Virus record (IMG/VR): IMGVR_UViG_3300025520_000006
Location: 1-58,137 of that record
Source of the DNA: a virus
Taxonomy: Duplodnaviria; Caudoviricetes
Reading direction: 5' to 3' (one strand)
Length of the DNA: 58,137 nucleotides
The position numbers were made by a program, and so were the translations under genes. Shown piece by piece: positions 54,608 through 58,137 of this stretch (its first letter is position 1; every line of letters begins with the position of its first letter). Under the pieces are notes generated by a model, which saw nothing but the letters and a program-made list of their open reading frames with translations, was not told the DNA's origin and made no database searches.

Positions 54608-55017
54608 TGCGTGCGCAGTCTCATGTCGAGGAGATCGTTTCCCTCCGTCGGCGCCTTGATGAGGCGCTTGAGGAAAATCGGTATCTCAAAGCACTTATGA
54701 CCCCAGATCGCAATGCGGCGGGTCGCCTATATCTCGGGTTGCAGCCCCAGGAATGGTTACTTTTGGATATCATGAGATCCATGAGTCCTGCGCCTGCGGC
54801 TTATGAGCAGCTTATCGCGCGGGTCAAATCAAGATCTGACGATCCTCTCGGTCTCATCAAGCAGCGAACGTATTCATTACGCAATAAATTGCGGCGACAC
54901 AGGATCTCTATCCGTACCGTCTACGGCGAGGGCATCTGTTTGGACGTCGAGAACAAGGAGCGTCTCGACGCGCTTTTATCAGAGAAGGCTTCAAAGGCCG
55001 GAGGCAAGCCATCATGA
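54607..55017 (+). CDS. Coiled coil plus OmpR/CtrA-type winged-helix protein
   Basis: L..QE..LL..., LRNKL....I.I.TVYGEG motif; no receiver domain. Confidence 0.75.
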   Translation: MRAQSHVEEIVSLRRRLDEALEENRYLKALMTPDRNAAGRLYLGLQPQEWLLLDIMRSMSPAPAAYEQLIARVKSRSDDPLGLIKQRTYSLRNKLRRHRISIRTVYGEGICLDVENKERLDALLSEKASKAGGKPS

Positions 55018-55400
55018 GCGAGAAGACGCCTTGGCGCACGCCTGAGGACGGTGTGCTTTTTGCGGTCGCATGCATGCGCGAGACAGCCGCCAGAATTTAT
55101 TCGACGCCAGTTTCTGGGCGCGGCGAACGGATCGCGCGCGATGCGCAGATCGAAGTTCTTTTGGCCGTTATCGCTGAATTAGGGCCGTCGGATCAGAAAC
55201 ACGATCCGGATGAGGGGTTCGCAATCGTCGGCGTGATCCACGGCGACGAGATCGCGAGGCGCAACGCCAGCAAGGCGCTGACCGCGAAGTCACTCGGTTA
55301 CACCGGTGATCAATGCCCCGATTGCGGCAACTTCACCATGGTGCGGAACGGCGTCTGCCTGAAGTGCAACACCTGCGGCGCCACGACGGGGTGCTCATGA
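55014..55400 (+). CDS. Protein ending in an NrdJ-like C-terminal zinc ribbon
   Basis: AKSLGYTGDQCPDCGNFTMVRNGVCLKCNTCGATTGCS. Confidence 0.75.
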   Translation: MSEKTPWRTPEDGVLFAVACMRETAARIYSTPVSGRGERIARDAQIEVLLAVIAELGPSDQKHDPDEGFAIVGVIHGDEIARRNASKALTAKSLGYTGDQCPDCGNFTMVRNGVCLKCNTCGATTGCS

Positions 55401-56977
55401 ACGCGATCGTCCCGCGCCAGAGCATCGAGCATATCGTCGCGTGCCGCGACAAGGCCCTCCATCTATATGAGGACGCGTACCGCGCCCTCGAGCTCGCCGA
55501 CCGAGCGGTTACCGCCGCTCACGAAATGGCGCGACAGGCCGCGCCGCTGGAAATTAACTCCTACACTTGCGACCGCGTCCCCGAGATCTCCGAATTCGAA
55601 AAAGCTATCGCTTTGCCCGACCGCGATCGCTTCTTGCGCACCGCGCGCAAACTGACCGACGTCCGGTGCTGGGGCCACATCGTCAAGATGACGGACCTTG
55701 AGCGCTTGATGGACGTCGAAGCGAAAGAGAAGCTTCTCGCCCAGATGGCCTATGTGCCCGATCGCGTCGACCGCGACGGCGAACTGATCACCGAAGAAGA
55801 AGTCGGCCGAGGAATGCCGCCGCTCACCGTCGACAACGTCTATGCGACGCTTGAGCAGTTCCGCGGAAATCTCGGCATGATCTTCCGCCGCGGCATCGCC
55901 AACGCCTTCTCAAAGCTCGATCGACGGTTCAAGAGCCATGACGGCTTCAAGATCGGCTCGCGCATGATTATGACGCGGCTGTTCAACGATAACGGCTGGA
56001 TGAATTGGGGTCGCGATCGCGAAGTGCTGATAGACGTCGAGCGCGTCTTCTACATTCTCGACCACATGGACGACGACGCAGGCGCCGTGAATAACTCAGG
56101 CGAAATCGAGCGGTCCTTCAAGTCCACGCTGCACATGTTGGAAAGCGAGCGCGGCGGCTGGAGTCCGCATCAAAGCCTGCACGAGAACGCCTATTTCAAG
56201 GTGCGCTGCTTTATGAACGGCAACGCCCACCTCTGGTTCACCCGCAAAGACCTGGTGGAGAAGGTCAACAAGCTGCTCGCCGAATATTACGGCGAAGTGA
56301 TCGGCGACGGCCAGACAGCGGAAGAAGACCCGCTGCAAAATCGTAAGATGACGCCGGCGCGTAACTTCGGCTTCTTTCCGACGCCGCCAGACGTCGCCGA
56401 CCACCTGTTTCGCGAGACGTCGGTCCTTCGCGGCCGCGGCCATCCGCAAATGCGCATCTTGGAGCCGTCCGCTGGCACCGGCGTGCTGGCGCGCCGCTGT
56501 GTCGTCTCGATCAGCAACCTTGATGATTGGAGCGGCGGCCGGGAACGGCACGCCAAGGATTACCGCTTCGACAATCTCGTCGATTGCGTCGAGATCCAAC
56601 CCGAGTTGGCTAATCGGCTCGCCGATGAGGGCATTTACAATCACGTCGTCTGCGGGGATTTTCTCCGGGTCAGTCCAGACCCGATCTATGATCTTGTGGT
56701 GATGAACCCGCCCTTTGATCGCGAGCGCGACATCGACCACATCACGCACGCTTTCAAGTTCCTGAAACCCGGCGGCCGACTCGTCGCTATCATGGCGGCC
56801 GGTGTCGAGTTCCGCGAGACCCGCAAGGCCGCGGCGTTCCGCAAGATGGTCGAAGCGAACAAATCGGGGCGTTGCGGCCGATATCTGTTCGAAGACTTGC
56901 CGCCCGGCTCGTTCGCTGACGCCGGCACCTATGTCAACACGGTCATTGTCAGAATGACGAAGAAGATGATGGCATGA
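55397..56977 (+). CDS. DUF4942-like domain fused to an N6-type methyltransferase
   Basis: F.NGNAHLWF....V...N..LA; FFPTP, LEPSAGTG, GDFL, VMNPPF. Confidence 0.85.
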   Translation: MNAIVPRQSIEHIVACRDKALHLYEDAYRALELADRAVTAAHEMARQAAPLEINSYTCDRVPEISEFEKAIALPDRDRFLRTARKLTDVRCWGHIVKMTDLERLMDVEAKEKLLAQMAYVPDRVDRDGELITEEEVGRGMPPLTVDNVYATLEQFRGNLGMIFRRGIANAFSKLDRRFKSHDGFKIGSRMIMTRLFNDNGWMNWGRDREVLIDVERVFYILDHMDDDAGAVNNSGEIERSFKSTLHMLESERGGWSPHQSLHENAYFKVRCFMNGNAHLWFTRKDLVEKVNKLLAEYYGEVIGDGQTAEEDPLQNRKMTPARNFGFFPTPPDVADHLFRETSVLRGRGHPQMRILEPSAGTGVLARRCVVSISNLDDWSGGRERHAKDYRFDNLVDCVEIQPELANRLADEGIYNHVVCGDFLRVSPDPIYDLVVMNPPFDRERDIDHITHAFKFLKPGGRLVAIMAAGVEFRETRKAAAFRKMVEANKSGRCGRYLFEDLPPGSFADAGTYVNTVIVRMTKKMMA

Positions 56978-57771
56978 GCAAGATCTTCACGAAAGAGGTC
57001 GATCTATGCGCCGCGTTCCTCGCCGAGGTCGAAAGACAATCGAGCAAGCGCCACGCGGCGCAGGACCGATGGACGGCGTATGCGGAAACCGCAGGCTTCG
57101 ACATCGTCCTGGTCCGCAAGGCCGATGGCGTCCAGATCGGCATCGAGGCGAAGCTCACACTCAATACGGCGGTCGTTTCACAGGCGCTCCAAGGCTCCGA
57201 CAGCTGGCGCAAAGGCGTCGATGGCCCAGACTATCGCGCCGTGCTGGTCCCGGAGGACGCCACCAAAGGCCTCGCGGTGTTCTGCAGGCCCATTGGGCTG
57301 ACTGTGCTGACTTGCGGCGTGCCGCGCAAACACGTCGAGAGCCGGCTTTTCGATCCTCCGCTGCCGCGCGTTGACGATCCCTACGACTATTTCAGCGACG
57401 AATACTGGCATCAGTGGTGTCCGGTTCATCGTCTACCTCTACCTGAATATGTGCCAGACGTAGCCGCCGGCGCTTCGGGGCCGATCGCTTTGACGACATG
57501 GAAGATCAAAGCGATCAAGATCGCCATCTTGCTGGAGGAGCGGCCGGTGACGCGCGCCGACTTCAAGTACCTCGATCTTTCGCCGACGCGTTGGATGACG
57601 CCGGCGATCGCCTGGCTCGTGCCTGCGCCTGGCGCGCGCGGCTACGTCGCCGGCCCCTATCTCCCCGACTTCAAGGCGCAGCACCCCAGAGCCTACGACG
57701 AGATCCTCGCTGACAAAGAGAAGTGGGAGCCGAAGGCGCTCGCGCAGTCGAAACAGGAGGCGCTGCTGTGA
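56974..57771 (+). CDS. Hypothetical protein with PD-(D/E)xK-like N-terminus
   Basis: E.DLCA.F...YAET...DI.LV.....IGIEAKL; LPEYVPDV.AG..GP..LT.WKI. Confidence 0.65.
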   Translation: MSKIFTKEVDLCAAFLAEVERQSSKRHAAQDRWTAYAETAGFDIVLVRKADGVQIGIEAKLTLNTAVVSQALQGSDSWRKGVDGPDYRAVLVPEDATKGLAVFCRPIGLTVLTCGVPRKHVESRLFDPPLPRVDDPYDYFSDEYWHQWCPVHRLPLPEYVPDVAAGASGPIALTTWKIKAIKIAILLEERPVTRADFKYLDLSPTRWMTPAIAWLVPAPGARGYVAGPYLPDFKAQHPRAYDEILADKEKWEPKALAQSKQEALL

Positions 57772-57971
57772 GCGCCGACAAGCACGATTGGGAAGACTTC
57801 GCGCCGTTCAAGCGACGGTGCAGGCGCTGCCGCAAAGAGCAGTGGATCGTGGAGAACAAGTTCCCTGATGTCGGTGAACCGAAGTTCCAATGGATCACCC
57901 TGCATCGCGAGCAGACGGGCGACTGCGATTACAGCCTTTGGAGCCGGATCGTGAGGTGGTGGAATGGATGA
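57768..57971 (+). CDS. Small Cys/His hypothetical protein
   Basis: AGGAGG RBS before GTG; H.W....RRCRRC. Confidence 0.55.
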   Translation: MSADKHDWEDFAPFKRRCRRCRKEQWIVENKFPDVGEPKFQWITLHREQTGDCDYSLWSRIVRWWNG

Positions 57972-58009
57972 GCGCATCCGCTGCTGCGTCCCGTTCTGCC
58001 GACGGACGC

Positions 58010-58137
58010 ACAAGCCGATGAAATGCGAGCCCGTCGCCGGGCAGGTGTGGGAGTGGATCTGTCAGGCGCACTGGCGGCAGGTCCGTCGAGATCGCCGGCG
58101 CGCCTATGCACGTGTGCGCAAGATCTGGCATGGCGGA
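58010..58137. repeat. Terminal direct repeat (circular overlap), right copy
   Basis: Matches 1-128; implies a circle of about 58009 bp. Confidence 0.97.

Overview
The window looks like a complete ~58.0 kb temperate, HK97-fold siphovirus genome of a high-GC alphaproteobacterial host (host is inference, from GcrA-, GapR- and NrdJ-tail-like genes). It is captured as a circle: positions 1-128 repeat at 58010-58137, and there is a single intact attP carrying the 3' half of tRNA-Ser(UGA) beside a tyrosine integrase. Gene order: putative late regulator, HNH, cos-like site, a ~1.3 kb tRNA/structured-RNA island, packaging and head genes, tail genes (with a -1 frameshift chaperone), lysis, attP/int/xis, leftward early genes, cI/cro switch, and rightward early/replication genes with four methyltransferase-family ORFs. 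The most striking item is in the RNA island. A tRNA-Gln(UUG) gene is split in its D-arm by a ~570 bp cassette that carries a second, intact tRNA-Gln(UUG) and an HNH nuclease ORF. That ORF starts inside the new tRNA and stops in the anticodon loop of the split one. It is followed by densely folded, unassigned RNA elements and a tRNA-Gly-like RNA with a 6-nt anticodon loop. Other highlights: five consecutive single-TM microproteins before the endolysin, a promoter-driven ~200 nt structured RNA convergent with cI, a Gp88-like/ParB-like fusion, and a stand-alone NrdJ C-terminal tail mimic. All family calls are by eye from motifs and synteny; no searches were run.
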